From positions 6,526 to 70,525 of the forward strand of contig JBGPGO010000015.1 of NCBI GenBank assembly GCA_041483895.1: a stretch of 64,000 nt of DNA. Reading direction: 5' to 3'. Source of the stretch: Fimbriimonadia bacterium (GTDB taxonomy: Bacteria > Armatimonadota > Fimbriimonadia > Fimbriimonadales > JABRVX01). The first letter of the stretch is position 1; each line of letters opens with the position of its first letter. The notes below the pieces were generated by a model, which saw only the letters and a program-made list of their open reading frames with translations, was not told where the DNA came from and searched no databases. Positions 18,888-27,826 of the stretch are shown piece by piece. Made by a program: the position numbers and the translations under genes.

Positions 18888-18976
18888 AATAGAATTACCT
18901 CCTACACAAGCATTGTCCCTCGGAAACGGTAATCCTGCAACTTTGCCAGAAAACTCGCTCACCGACCTCGGACACC

Positions 18977-19186
18977 TTAGGCGCTCTTCAGGTCCACTGT
19001 CACGGTCTCAAACTGCTTGCCCTCAACCGACTCCCGGACCGCCTCAACATACAACTCGATGGCCTCGGGGATATTGTTCAATGCTTCTTCCCGAGTCTCG
19101 CCTTGGGAAACACAGCCAGGAAGAACAGGCACCAAAACCGAATAGCCGCCTTCGTTTTCGGGAATGAGTTGGACTGTATACGTCAC
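18977..19186 (-). CDS. HicB-like (UPF0150) antitoxin-family protein
   Basis: 69 aa. YSVLVPVLPGCVSQGETREEALNNIPEAIELYVE matches the HicB N-terminal domain pattern. No HicA-like ORF is adjacent. Confidence 0.7.
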   Translation of the reverse strand: MTYTVQLIPENEGGYSVLVPVLPGCVSQGETREEALNNIPEAIELYVEAVRESVEGKQFETVTVDLKSA

Positions 19187-19193
19187 GGGGATA

Positions 19194-19592
19194 TTATAAC
19201 TCTTTCCGCTTGCGCCAAATCATTGCGTCGAGGCTCCAATCTCCACCGCCTTGCGCCGCCAAGAATAGGAAGATGAAACAGAGCAACACGGCGGGTTCGC
19301 CGTGGTTTTGGATGGGCCACGCCCCGTTGGGTTGGTGAAACTGGAAATAGGCCACGGCCATCTCGCCGGATAGGATGAAAGCGACCGGCCGAGTGAAGAG
19401 CCCCAGCATGATCAGCGCGCCGCCAAAGAACTCGAGCGTCCCGCCGATCCAGACCTGCGTTGTCATGACAGCGCCGGGCGGCATCCCACCGAACCAGTGG
19501 AATAACATCATGCCGCCGACCTGCACGAACAACAGCCCAGCAACGACGCGAAGCAAGAAGTGCGTGACCTGTACGGCCCGTTCCTTGTTCAT
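19194..19592 (-). CDS. DoxX-family membrane protein
   Basis: 132 aa, four hydrophobic helices. LLRVVAGLLFVQ.G..K-type N-terminus and GGGDWSLD near the C-terminus. Confidence 0.8.
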   Translation of the reverse strand: MNKERAVQVTHFLLRVVAGLLFVQVGGMMLFHWFGGMPPGAVMTTQVWIGGTLEFFGGALIMLGLFTRPVAFILSGEMAVAYFQFHQPNGAWPIQNHGEPAVLLCFIFLFLAAQGGGDWSLDAMIWRKRKEL

Positions 19593-20077
19593 CGACTGCC
19601 TCCCACGAGTTCGGCGAGACGATCCAGCATTTCGATCCAGCTCGGATAAGCCCCCGTTCGCTTCGCAACCGACTCCAAAACCGTCTGATGCAGAGTGACC
19701 TTTGTCTTCCCATCATCCTCCGCGAAAGTTACTGTCACCGTCGTCTCACTCGGCCACTCAGGATCCATGCCGGCATCCACTGGCTCTATCAAATTGCCGT
19801 TCTCATCCGATATGGCAAGTGTGTACACGATCCGCTCCGGCGCAACGATTTCGCGATAGACGCCCTTGCACCAACAGTCATGATGATTGGGATTCTGGAT
19901 GCAGTGGTGAAAGACGCCACCTTCGCGCACATCGATCATTTTGATCTGGATTGTGCAACCCCTCGGAGCATACCATCGCTCGAGCTGCTCGGGATCGGTC
20001 CATGCATTGAACACGAGTTCCCTCGGGGCATCAAAGATTCGCGTGATGAGAACTTCTCGATCAGTTGCAACGCTCAT
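19589..20077 (-). CDS. SRPBCC/Aha1-domain protein
   Basis: ITRIFDAPRELVFNAWTDPEQLERWYAP is the typical AHSA1/SRPBCC N-terminus. 4-nt overlaps with both neighbouring genes. Confidence 0.85.
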   Translation of the reverse strand: MSVATDREVLITRIFDAPRELVFNAWTDPEQLERWYAPRGCTIQIKMIDVREGGVFHHCIQNPNHHDCWCKGVYREIVAPERIVYTLAISDENGNLIEPVDAGMDPEWPSETTVTVTFAEDDGKTKVTLHQTVLESVAKRTGAYPSWIEMLDRLAELVGGSR

Positions 20078-20439
20078 TTCAACATCCTTTCTTCGTTCTC
20101 CTTGATCCTCGCCTTGATCAGCTTCTTCACGAGCGCGACGGGGAGCGGTTTGCCGGGCAAAAAGTGGATAGTTGCCTTGGCAGTCTCATACGATTTGAGT
20201 TCGTCCTGGAATGCATCCATTGTCCTTGTGCCCATAACAAAGAAACTGCAGTGATTCTTGAAGGCAGCAAAGCCCACAAGCAGCCCATGATATTTGTACG
20301 CCGGAATCTGGTAGCTGATGACCTCGACAGCCTTTGGTGCGACGGATTTGATCGTCTTCCGGAGGTCTTCCAACGACCTCCGCGCATCTTCCGGCACCGA
20401 CGCAAGGTAGGAGTCTACATCTCTCGCCGCGGTTCTCAT
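20074..20439 (-). CDS. DUF1801 (YdhG-like) protein
   Basis: DVDSYLASVPEDARRSLEDLRKTIKSVAP...ISYQIPAYKYHG pattern. 121 aa. Confidence 0.8.
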   Translation of the reverse strand: MRTAARDVDSYLASVPEDARRSLEDLRKTIKSVAPKAVEVISYQIPAYKYHGLLVGFAAFKNHCSFFVMGTRTMDAFQDELKSYETAKATIHFLPGKPLPVALVKKLIKARIKENEERMLK

Positions 20440-20933
20440 GCCAACTCACCGAGAAGCTGCTCGAGTCGGTCATAGGCCTCGCCCGCACCTTTCTCCATCC
20501 CGGACTGGAACGCCGCGTTGCGACCCGCCTTTGATGGGAACCACATCGTTGACGTAAGCCTCGTCTTGCCATCGATCTCGTCAAAAACGGTCGTTACTAC
20601 CGCCTCCTCATTCGACCACGGCTCCACGTCAAAGATCTGCGTGCGAACCACCCGCGAAGGGGGGCTCACTTCACGATACACTCCCTTGAACGGAAAGTCC
20701 TGGCCCTCAATTCGGTTGACGAGCCGATACGCGCCACCAACCCGCAGATCGATCGTGCAATGAGGCGCGGTGTAGTCTTTCGGTCCCCACCATCGCTTGA
20801 AATGCTCGGGTTCGGTCCACGCTTTCCATATCACATCCGGCGGCGCATCGAAGACGCGCGTGATGACAAGCTCTCTGTCCGCATTGGTTTCGCTCATGTT
20901 GCTACTCCTCCTATCCTTCTTGTCAATTCCCAA
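20436..20933 (-). CDS. SRPBCC/Aha1-domain protein (second copy)
   Basis: ITRVFDAPPDVIWKAWTEPEHFKRWWGP. An alternative start at MSETNADREL (20897) is possible. Confidence 0.85.
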   Translation of the reverse strand: MGIDKKDRRSSNMSETNADRELVITRVFDAPPDVIWKAWTEPEHFKRWWGPKDYTAPHCTIDLRVGGAYRLVNRIEGQDFPFKGVYREVSPPSRVVRTQIFDVEPWSNEEAVVTTVFDEIDGKTRLTSTMWFPSKAGRNAAFQSGMEKGAGEAYDRLEQLLGELA

Positions 20934-20957
20934 GTTGTCCTGCGTGTAACATCCAGA

Positions 20958-21308
20958 TCACGCTTTGCGACTACGCCGCTTCTCCTTTTTCTGCAGCTCC
21001 TGCAGATAGTCGTCCAGCCGATCGAAGCTTTCCTCCCAGAACCGGCGATAGTGCTCGACCCAGTCCGCAACCTCTCTCAGCCGTCCCGCCTTCAATCGGC
21101 AGGGCCGCCATTGGGCCTCCCGGCTGCGTGCGATGAGCCCCGCCCTTTCCAAGACTTTCAGGTGCTTGGAAATCGCCGGCAGGGTCATATCGAACGGCTT
21201 TGCCAACTCTGTCACAGAGGCATCTCCCGACGCCAGCCGCGCCAGGATCGCCCTGCGGGTGGGGTCGGATAAGGCTGAAAAGGTTGTTGTCAGATGATCT
21301 GCCAGCAT
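20958..21308 (-). CDS. ArsR/SmtB-family transcriptional regulator
   Basis: FSALSDPTRRAILARL and the HTH VTELAKPFDMTLPAISKHLKVLERAGLI. 116 aa. First gene of the SRPBCC/DUF1801/DoxX operon. Confidence 0.88.
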   Translation of the reverse strand: MLADHLTTTFSALSDPTRRAILARLASGDASVTELAKPFDMTLPAISKHLKVLERAGLIARSREAQWRPCRLKAGRLREVADWVEHYRRFWEESFDRLDDYLQELQKKEKRRSRKA

Positions 21309-21317
21309 TCTTGTTTC

Positions 21318-21372
21318 ACCATTCGGTTAGATAACCGTTTGGTATAATACCACAGAATTTTTGGGATGTCAA
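21318..21372 (-). promoter_or_regulatory. sigma-70-type promoter plus palindromic operator of the ArsR operon
   Basis: On the minus strand: TTGACA (21367-21372), 17-nt spacer, TATTAT (21344-21349). Directly after it lies the 12-2-12 inverted repeat ACCATTCGGTTA-GA-TAACCGTTTGGT (21318-21343), 9 nt before the ATG. Confidence 0.55.
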
Positions 21373-21401
21373 GGAGTTTTTTGAAAAAATGTTTGTTCCC
21401 G

Positions 21402-21959
21402 TTACCGATCCCTAACGGACTGCAACCGGTGGACAAATTCATCGCTTCCTTTGATGGCAGCGAGCTCAATTGAATGCTGCTCCATATAATCCCAATCCAA
21501 ATTCGGTCCCTGACGACGCACGATCCCATTGACATCCACCCAATCCTGATCTCGTCCGGCAAACGCCTTCATCAATATCAGATCTTCTGCCGAGACCACC
21601 GTGAGCTTGATCCCATCCCCATACTCAACGGAAATCCGCCGCTCTATTACCAATTCCTCATATGGAAACCCAGCCAATGCGACATCGATGGCGATGCCAT
21701 CTTCACTTTCCAAGAGCAGCACTCGAGCTTCACGAGCAAAGTCGCGTGCATCGGAAATCCGTGATTTGAACGCCCCAAGCAACTCGACGACGTAATCATC
21801 TTCGCCGCCCAGCGAGGTGAAAAGTGTTACATCTACGTCCAACGTTGAGCGAATCTCACCCCATGCAAGATTTGCAATTCCTCCGATAAATGCAAACTTC
21901 CACTGACGTGCCGTGAAATAGTCCTCAACCTTGACTGCCACGGCCAGAATGTCATGCAT
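21402..21959 (-). CDS. minimal nucleotidyltransferase-fold protein (TA-toxin-like)
   Basis: FIGGIANLAWGEIRSTLDVDV fits the G[GS]-x(9-13)-D-x-D motif of the pol-beta NTase superfamily. 185 aa. Its start overlaps the upstream ORF's stop by 8 nt (AATGCATGA). Confidence 0.7.
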   Translation of the reverse strand: MHDILAVAVKVEDYFTARQWKFAFIGGIANLAWGEIRSTLDVDVTLFTSLGGEDDYVVELLGAFKSRISDARDFAREARVLLLESEDGIAIDVALAGFPYEELVIERRISVEYGDGIKLTVVSAEDLILMKAFAGRDQDWVDVNGIVRRQGPNLDWDYMEQHSIELAAIKGSDEFVHRLQSVRDR

Positions 21960-22251
21960 TACGTGCCTTCAAAAAGGCTCGGTACCACTCGATAAGGCCT
22001 GTTGTCGTTCGAGGGGGGAGATTCTTTCTCAAGAATGATGTATCTGGTAGTTGCCATACCGCCACGGCGGTCACAACCTCCCGCAGCTCGCACGTTTGCA
22101 AGGCTTTCACGCGGGCAAAGCCAAAACCTGCGCCGAGCATCAGTTTGGGGTCTGGTTTCACAAACTCATTGTACTCGATGGGTCGCTTATCCGTACGTCG
22201 GCTTCTGCGGCCAGCCAGGCGGCGAATCCTCAAAATCCTCTTGCCTGCCAT
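21952..22251 (-). CDS. small hypothetical protein, possible partner of the nucleotidyltransferase
   Basis: Translationally coupled to the NTase gene. The start is uncertain: 22251 overlaps the DUF899 remnant, and ATG 22140 would give 62 aa. No family recognised. Confidence 0.4.
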   Translation of the reverse strand: MAGKRILRIRRLAGRRSRRTDKRPIEYNEFVKPDPKLMLGAGFGFARVKALQTCELREVVTAVAVWQLPDTSFLRKNLPPRTTTGLIEWYRAFLKARNA

Positions 22252-22664
22252 ACGGCGTCAAATCGAGCAAGCTGTAGGAATCGGTAGCGCATTCCACTCC
22301 GCGTGCAAATGTAGAATACGTATGATAAACGTCGTCGCCCATCCGAAAAAACACGCCCAGGGCGTGGTCTTCGCCAGTCACTTGGCCTACTCCACGCTTG
22401 GCCCCAAGTTCCGGAACAGCTCATGATATCGGATGACCCCCTCTCGCTTCTTGAGGCAGCCGTGTAATAATTCTCGAATCATAAACACTTCTTCCGGCAC
22501 GTTGAATTCCGATCGGATCCCGATCGTTGCTTACGGCACAAATCCAAACCGAGCATAGAATCTGGCGTGACCGAGTACAACGACCGCGTCGAACCCGCCG
22601 GCAAGGCACGCCCAGAAACGCCTGCCTCAGACCGGCTGGCTCGGCGTTGCCTTTCCACCGGCAT
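22187..22664 (-). pseudogene. decayed DUF899 (thioredoxin-like) gene remnant
   Basis: The 64-aa ORF 22187-22381 ([34 protein letters not shown]) matches only the C-terminal end of roughly 230-aa DUF899 proteins. Upstream frames show only weak, broken resemblance, so the upper boundary is approximate. Confidence 0.5.
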
Positions 22665-22852
22665 ATTTTTGGAACTCAGGTAACCTAGTGATTGTCTCTG
22701 ATTGGGTATTACCGGAGGTCGCTTTCGGTTGCATAATTTTGGTCTGTAGCTTGCACTTACTCTCAGGAATCGCTGGAGTTCTCGTCAGGATGCGAGTGGC
22801 GGCCGCCACAGCAGTGCAAGCACTGACCCTGAAAGATGAGGAGACTCGATCC

Positions 22853-24730
22853 ATGAACCAATCACGGTTAGCACTTTCTGTGGCGGTTGTGATCGCCATC
22901 AATACGTCCGTTCTTGCCCAGACCTGGCAACGCGTCACCATCGGCGGACCCCCCGGAGCCGGGATGGCGCTGCTAATGACCGACGGAACCGTTATCATTC
23001 ACAATGCGGATGCACGAGAATGGTATAAGCTCACACCAAATAACGTAGGAAGCTACGTCAACGGCACCTGGTCGCAGATCGCCAGCTTCCCCCCAGCCTA
23101 CGGTCCGCTCTACTACGGTGGTGCGGTCCTTGCGGACGGCAGGGCCGTTATCACGGGTGGTGAGTATAACTTCGGCTCTGCCGTATGGACGAATCAGAGC
23201 GCTTGGTACAACCCCGTGACCAACGTCTGGACTATGATTGCTCCGCCGGCCGGCTGGGCCAACATCGGGGACGCGCAATGCTGCGTCATGCCCGACGGGA
23301 AATTCATGCTGGCGCAGATTCTCGACGCACGCATGGCCATTCTCAATCCGGCCACGATGACCTTTTCCCCCGTCACGAGCATCGGTCATGCGGACCGATT
23401 CGATGAAGAAGGTTGGACCCTGCTCCCGGACGGCACGATCTTTACCGTTGACGCAATCGCAGCGCCCCGCGCCGAGCGGTACATCCCATCAACCGGCAAC
23501 TGGATCTTTGCCGGCAATACCCCCGCAACCCTTGTCGATGCGGGATCCCAAGAGATCGGTCCCTCCGTTCTGCTTCCCAGCGGCAGGGTGTTCAATATGG
23601 GAGCGACAATGAGCACAGCCACGTGGACGCCTGGCGCCGGCCTCATGGACCCGGGTTCCTGGGTTGCGGGGCCTAACTTCCCCATAGTTGGCGGCCAACT
23701 TGTGATGGCTGACGCTCCCGCATGCCTCTTGCCCAGCGGAAACGTGCTCCTGGGCGCAAGTCCCGGCGTGTTTGCCACCCCCACATGGTTCTATGAGTAC
23801 AATGGCACGAGCTTTATCAATAGTCCGGAAACGCCGAATTCCGGCGGCAATCCCTGCTATGTGGGCAACATGCTGATGCTTCCCACCGGGCAAGTGCTCT
23901 ATACGGACTTCAGCAACGACATCGAGATCTACACACCGACCGGATCCCCGAACAACGCCTGGCGGCCAACGATCACGAATTGCCCCTCCACTTTGAACCC
24001 TGGGCAGACATTCCTGATTACCGGCACACAGTTCAATGGGGTATCGCAATGCAGCGCGTACGGCGACGATTCGACTAACGCCACAAACTATCCGATTGTT
24101 CGCGTTACAAACACGGCAAGCGGTCACGTCTTTTATTGCAAGACGTCCAACCACAGCACGATGGCGGTAGCGACCGGTGCAACGCCGGTATCGACGACCG
24201 TTTTGATCCCCGCAGGCATCGAAACGGGACCCTCCAATCTCGTTGTCGTTGCCAACGGTATCGCTTCCACGAATTGCCCGGTCGATATTGAAAGGCCCGC
24301 GTCGCTGAGCGGCCATGTCGATCTGGAACTGCTGTCCGTAAGTCCGCTCAACCAGCCGGTCGTGATTGAGTTCCGGCCTCCCGGCAATCCGGTTCCCGTC
24401 GCGACGTACAATGTCACCTTGAACGCATTAGGAAACTATAGTGTTGCCAGCGTTCTCAATGGAACCTACGACATCGCCGCGAAGGGGACAAATTGGCTCC
24501 GCCAGAAGCTCGGTTCTGTAGTGGTCAATGGCGCGACGGGCGCCAACTTCTCGCTGACGAACGGAGACGGCGAAGTCAACAACGCCGTTGATCTCGGCGA
24601 TCTGAACCGCTGCCTAGTAGACTTCGCCACCGTTGGAGTTGACCCGGCCGACCTCGATAAGGACCTGGTTGTTGGGGTTCCAGATCTCAACATTGTGCTC
24701 ACCAACTTTGCCATCGTTGGCGACGCCTAA
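22853..24730 (+). CDS. secreted Kelch/galactose-oxidase-like beta-propeller protein with C-terminal dockerin-like repeats
   Basis: Start moved to ATG 22853 (GAGGAG upstream; signal MNQSRLALSVAVVIAINTSVLAQ). Repeated Kelch-like blades (GGAVLADGRAVITGG, CVMPDGKFML, LLPDGTIF, LLPSGRVF, LLPSGNVL, MLPTGQVL). Then an E-set-like domain. Tail DGEVNNAVDLGDLN...DLDKDLVVGVPDLN. Confidence 0.8.
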   Translation: MNQSRLALSVAVVIAINTSVLAQTWQRVTIGGPPGAGMALLMTDGTVIIHNADAREWYKLTPNNVGSYVNGTWSQIASFPPAYGPLYYGGAVLADGRAVITGGEYNFGSAVWTNQSAWYNPVTNVWTMIAPPAGWANIGDAQCCVMPDGKFMLAQILDARMAILNPATMTFSPVTSIGHADRFDEEGWTLLPDGTIFTVDAIAAPRAERYIPSTGNWIFAGNTPATLVDAGSQEIGPSVLLPSGRVFNMGATMSTATWTPGAGLMDPGSWVAGPNFPIVGGQLVMADAPACLLPSGNVLLGASPGVFATPTWFYEYNGTSFINSPETPNSGGNPCYVGNMLMLPTGQVLYTDFSNDIEIYTPTGSPNNAWRPTITNCPSTLNPGQTFLITGTQFNGVSQCSAYGDDSTNATNYPIVRVTNTASGHVFYCKTSNHSTMAVATGATPVSTTVLIPAGIETGPSNLVVVANGIASTNCPVDIERPASLSGHVDLELLSVSPLNQPVVIEFRPPGNPVPVATYNVTLNALGNYSVASVLNGTYDIAAKGTNWLRQKLGSVVVNGATGANFSLTNGDGEVNNAVDLGDLNRCLVDFATVGVDPADLDKDLVVGVPDLNIVLTNFAIVGDA

Positions 24731-24837
24731 TCCAATCCGCCCGTTCCATGACAGGGTCCCGTTCACCTCAGGGTGATTGGGACCCTTTCTCATTGCTCCA
24801 CGGCAGGAATCTCTCCGCCGCCGATGTACTGATCGGC

Positions 24838-25896
24838 ATGAGAACACTCGTCGCGCTTTTATCATCGCTCATTTTCCTTACCGTTTCCTTCGCGCAGGTC
24901 CCACAGGACCTCGCCGACAAGAAAGACTTCAAGGCTTTCAAGGTTTCTAGCGCAGACCCAACAGGCAAGAACGCGGATGCGCGTGGAATCGCTCCCGGCG
25001 CCACCTTGACCGTCGCGGACATCAAGGGAAGCGGCCGGTTTACACACCTTTGGATGACGATCTCCGCGCAATCCACCGATCATCTGCGCGAGCTGGTCAT
25101 CCGGATGACGTGGGATGACGCTGCGACGCCCGCCGTCGAATGCCCGATCGGCGATCTGTTCGCCCAAGGACCGGGCAAGTATGTCGAGTACCACAGCGCG
25201 CCTGTCTCCGTCGGCGGTCAGCAGGCCCTCAACTGCTACTGGCCCATGCCGTTTAAAAAGCATGCCGTCATAACGGTAACTAATGAGGGTGACAAGCCGG
25301 TCGGCGCGTACTATTACAACTTCGATTACCGTTTGGACAACAAGCCCCAAAAGGACGCCCGCTACTTCCACACGCAATATCGAAACTACTTCCCTGCCCC
25401 AAAAGGCACGCCTCTCACGATCTGCGAGGTCAAGGGCGCCGGCCATTTTGTTGGAACGGTTGTGACCGTCTTGGCGAACAGCGACGGATGGTGGGGCGAA
25501 GGGGATGACAACTTTTATGTGGACGGCCACACGAAACCGGATATCAGCGGCACGGGCAGCGAGGACTATTTCTGCGGCGCGTGGGATTTTGGGCACACCT
25601 TCCAAACACCCTACTTTGGCGTCACTTTCTACGACAATCCGGAAAAGGGCGGCGAAAGGCGAGGCATTCAAAACACAGTGTATCGCTGGCACATCGAAGA
25701 CCCGGTGACGTTTACGAAGTCCCTGCTGTTCACGCTGGAGCACGGCCGTGGCGGCTGGGACGAGGACCGTGCGCCGCTCCGAAACAATTACACCACAGTC
25801 GGACTCTATTACGTAGACCATCCCGAAGGCGACGCCACCCGCATCCCGCCATATAAGGACCGCGTCCCGAAACTACTTCCGCTGCCGGGAGGCTAG
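24838..25896 (+). CDS. DUF2961 / GH172-family glycoside hydrolase
   Basis: Start moved to ATG 24838 (signal MRTLVALLSSLIFLTVSFAQ). LNCYWPMPF and WWGEGDDNFYVDG...SGTGSEDYFCGAWDF are DUF2961 hallmarks. Confidence 0.85.
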   Translation: MRTLVALLSSLIFLTVSFAQVPQDLADKKDFKAFKVSSADPTGKNADARGIAPGATLTVADIKGSGRFTHLWMTISAQSTDHLRELVIRMTWDDAATPAVECPIGDLFAQGPGKYVEYHSAPVSVGGQQALNCYWPMPFKKHAVITVTNEGDKPVGAYYYNFDYRLDNKPQKDARYFHTQYRNYFPAPKGTPLTICEVKGAGHFVGTVVTVLANSDGWWGEGDDNFYVDGHTKPDISGTGSEDYFCGAWDFGHTFQTPYFGVTFYDNPEKGGERRGIQNTVYRWHIEDPVTFTKSLLFTLEHGRGGWDEDRAPLRNNYTTVGLYYVDHPEGDATRIPPYKDRVPKLLPLPGG

Positions 25897-25905
25897 CGCG
25901 AGCAG

Positions 25906-26454
25906 ATGCCAGCGAATACTTTCGACATCATCCTCTGCGACATGCAGCTCCACCTCGTGAGAGCCTGGACAACCGCGTTCGCGAGCCATGACATCGAGAT
26001 TATCCACGGTGACATTTTGGATGTTGAGGCCGATGCCTATGTCTCTCCCGCTAATGGCTTCGGAATCATGGACGGCGGCATCGACGCTGCCCTCAGCGCC
26101 CGCTTCCCCGGCGTCCAGCGCCGGGTCCAAGCCGCCATCTACGAAATCGGACCTCATCTCCCGGTCGGCAGAGCAGTCATCGTCGAAACGGAAGACCCAT
26201 TCGTTCCCTATCTCGTCAGCGCGCCGACGATGCTCTATCCGTCCCATGTCGGCCACACAAGAAATGCCGAAATTGCAATGTCGGCACTGCTCCACGCGAT
26301 CGAGGAATTCAACGCCACCAACCACTTGATCGCCTCCGTCGTCATCCCCGGCTTGGCGACAGGTGTCGGCGGCATGCACCCCGAACGCGCTGCACAGCAA
26401 ATGGCTAGCGCTTACATCGAATGGACACACGGGCTCTCATCCACAGAGATATAG
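25906..26454 (+). CDS. macro-domain protein (ADP-ribose binding/hydrolase type)
   Basis: ILDVEADAYVSPANGFGIMDGGIDAAL and later PGLATGVGG resemble the macro-domain nucleotide-binding loops. 182 aa. Confidence 0.65.
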   Translation: MPANTFDIILCDMQLHLVRAWTTAFASHDIEIIHGDILDVEADAYVSPANGFGIMDGGIDAALSARFPGVQRRVQAAIYEIGPHLPVGRAVIVETEDPFVPYLVSAPTMLYPSHVGHTRNAEIAMSALLHAIEEFNATNHLIASVVIPGLATGVGGMHPERAAQQMASAYIEWTHGLSSTEI

Positions 26455-26503
26455 GAATCAGCTTACGAGCAGAATGCGCCCTAATACGTCCCAACGGTGC
26501 CCC

Positions 26504-27826
26504 TTACCCAGGAACTTCACCCGATTGGCCGGCGCGCCATGTGATGCGAATGAGAGACCAGCGCCAAAACAGTGCCCCAGCCAACAATAAGACGGCCACG
26601 CCGGCAAGCCCGAGAGTCTTGCGTCGGTCCAGACTCGCCGCCTGCATGGCTTTTGCGGAGCGAAGGCTCTTGGCAATCTGCTCACGCGCCGGCTGAATCT
26701 TTCCAGAGATATCGTTGACGGACAGACCGTGCAGGATGACTCGAGCCTCGAGCAATGTCGTGTTGATGGCAGGCACGTCCGCCTGAATATCCGCCACATC
26801 CATGCCTTCTGCTTCCGCCAATGAAGTCTGCGCAGCGGCAGCATCCATTTCTAGCTTCGCGACCGTCAGCATATTGTGAATCTGCTTGCCGACCGTTTCG
26901 CCCTTGTCCCCCTCGCTATGGCAATTACCACAGCCGTGTTCGCCGGAGTCGACCAACATGGCGTCCGTAGGCGGGGAAATCCCGTGGTTGCCATGGCAGT
27001 CGATACATTTCGGACCTCCGGAATCCGCTATGGCCTGCCAATGTGGTCCCTGCTTTAGATACTTCTCTTGTTCCGGATGGCAGCTTCCGCAGACGTCCGC
27101 GACCTCGGTCCGTCCAGGGGGTGTCGCTCCATGGGCGCTGTGGCAACTGGCACAATTCGGCGCCGCACGGTCGCCCTTTTGAAGCAGCGCAAGACCGTGG
27201 ACGCTCTTCGTGTAATCCGCCAGTTGCGTCGTCGGAATCTTGTATTGGGCCATTCGGGTCTTGTCCGCATGGCATTTGCCACAGGTCTTGGGTACGTTGC
27301 TGATATACACGGCGGAATTTGGATCGTTTTTCGATAACGTCGCATGAGCGCCGTGGCAATCCACGCATGTGGCAACGTTCTGATCGCCTTGCGCCAGCTT
27401 CTTCCCGTGCACGCTCTGCTGGTACTGTTGGAACTGGCTGGTCGGAAGCCGGAAGGGACGCATGCGAACTACGTCCGAATGGCATTTCGCGCACAACTTA
27501 GGGATGTCGGCCTTTGCCGGTGCGCCGATATATCCTTTCGCGGTATCCATTGAGGCCTCGCCGTCGGGATTCATTGGGTCGCCGCCGTGGCAATCCTGAC
27601 ATTCAACACCGTTTCGGGCGTGGATGCTCGTCAGCCATTCCTTTGAGGATTTCGAAACGTCTGGATCCTCGTCGTTTTGATGACACGTCACGCATTGGTT
27701 GGGTTTTGGACTGGCGAGACCAGGACGCCCAATCGCGATTCCAACCGCAACCAGGCCGGCAACGCCAAGAAGCCACGCGCTGATAATTCCAATTCCGGGT
27801 TTTCGAGTTGCATGTCTTTCTTTCAT
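26504..27826 (-). CDS. membrane-anchored nonahaem c-type cytochrome
   Basis: Nine CxxCH motifs: CVTCH, CQDCH, CAKCH, CVDCH, CGKCH, CASCH, CGSCH, CIDCH, CGNCH. N- and C-terminal TM helices. Start set, by ORF-track arithmetic, to the ATG that overlaps the cyt b stop (ATGA). Confidence 0.85.
   Translation of the reverse strand: MKERHATRKPGIGIISAWLLGVAGLVAVGIAIGRPGLASPKPNQCVTCHQNDEDPDVSKSSKEWLTSIHARNGVECQDCHGGDPMNPDGEASMDTAKGYIGAPAKADIPKLCAKCHSDVVRMRPFRLPTSQFQQYQQSVHGKKLAQGDQNVATCVDCHGAHATLSKNDPNSAVYISNVPKTCGKCHADKTRMAQYKIPTTQLADYTKSVHGLALLQKGDRAAPNCASCHSAHGATPPGRTEVADVCGSCHPEQEKYLKQGPHWQAIADSGGPKCIDCHGNHGISPPTDAMLVDSGEHGCGNCHSEGDKGETVGKQIHNMLTVAKLEMDAAAAQTSLAEAEGMDVADIQADVPAINTTLLEARVILHGLSVNDISGKIQPAREQIAKSLRSAKAMQAASLDRRKTLGLAGVAVLLLAGALFWRWSLIRITWRAGQSGEVPG

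Noticed and set aside
18977-19600. Search for a HicA toxin partner next to the HicB-like gene
   Set aside because: No small basic ORF with a HicA-like (dsRBD-type) pattern lies on either side. The upstream neighbour is DoxX, so no HicAB system is called.
19183-19716. 177-aa minus-strand ORF overlapping DoxX and the SRPBCC gene in another frame
   Set aside because: An Arg-rich alternative-frame ORF. The DoxX and SRPBCC frames carry clear family motifs and 4-nt coupled junctions.
24862-25821. 319-aa minus-strand ORF inside the GH172 gene
   Set aside because: Antisense shadow ORF. The DUF2961 motifs are on the plus strand.
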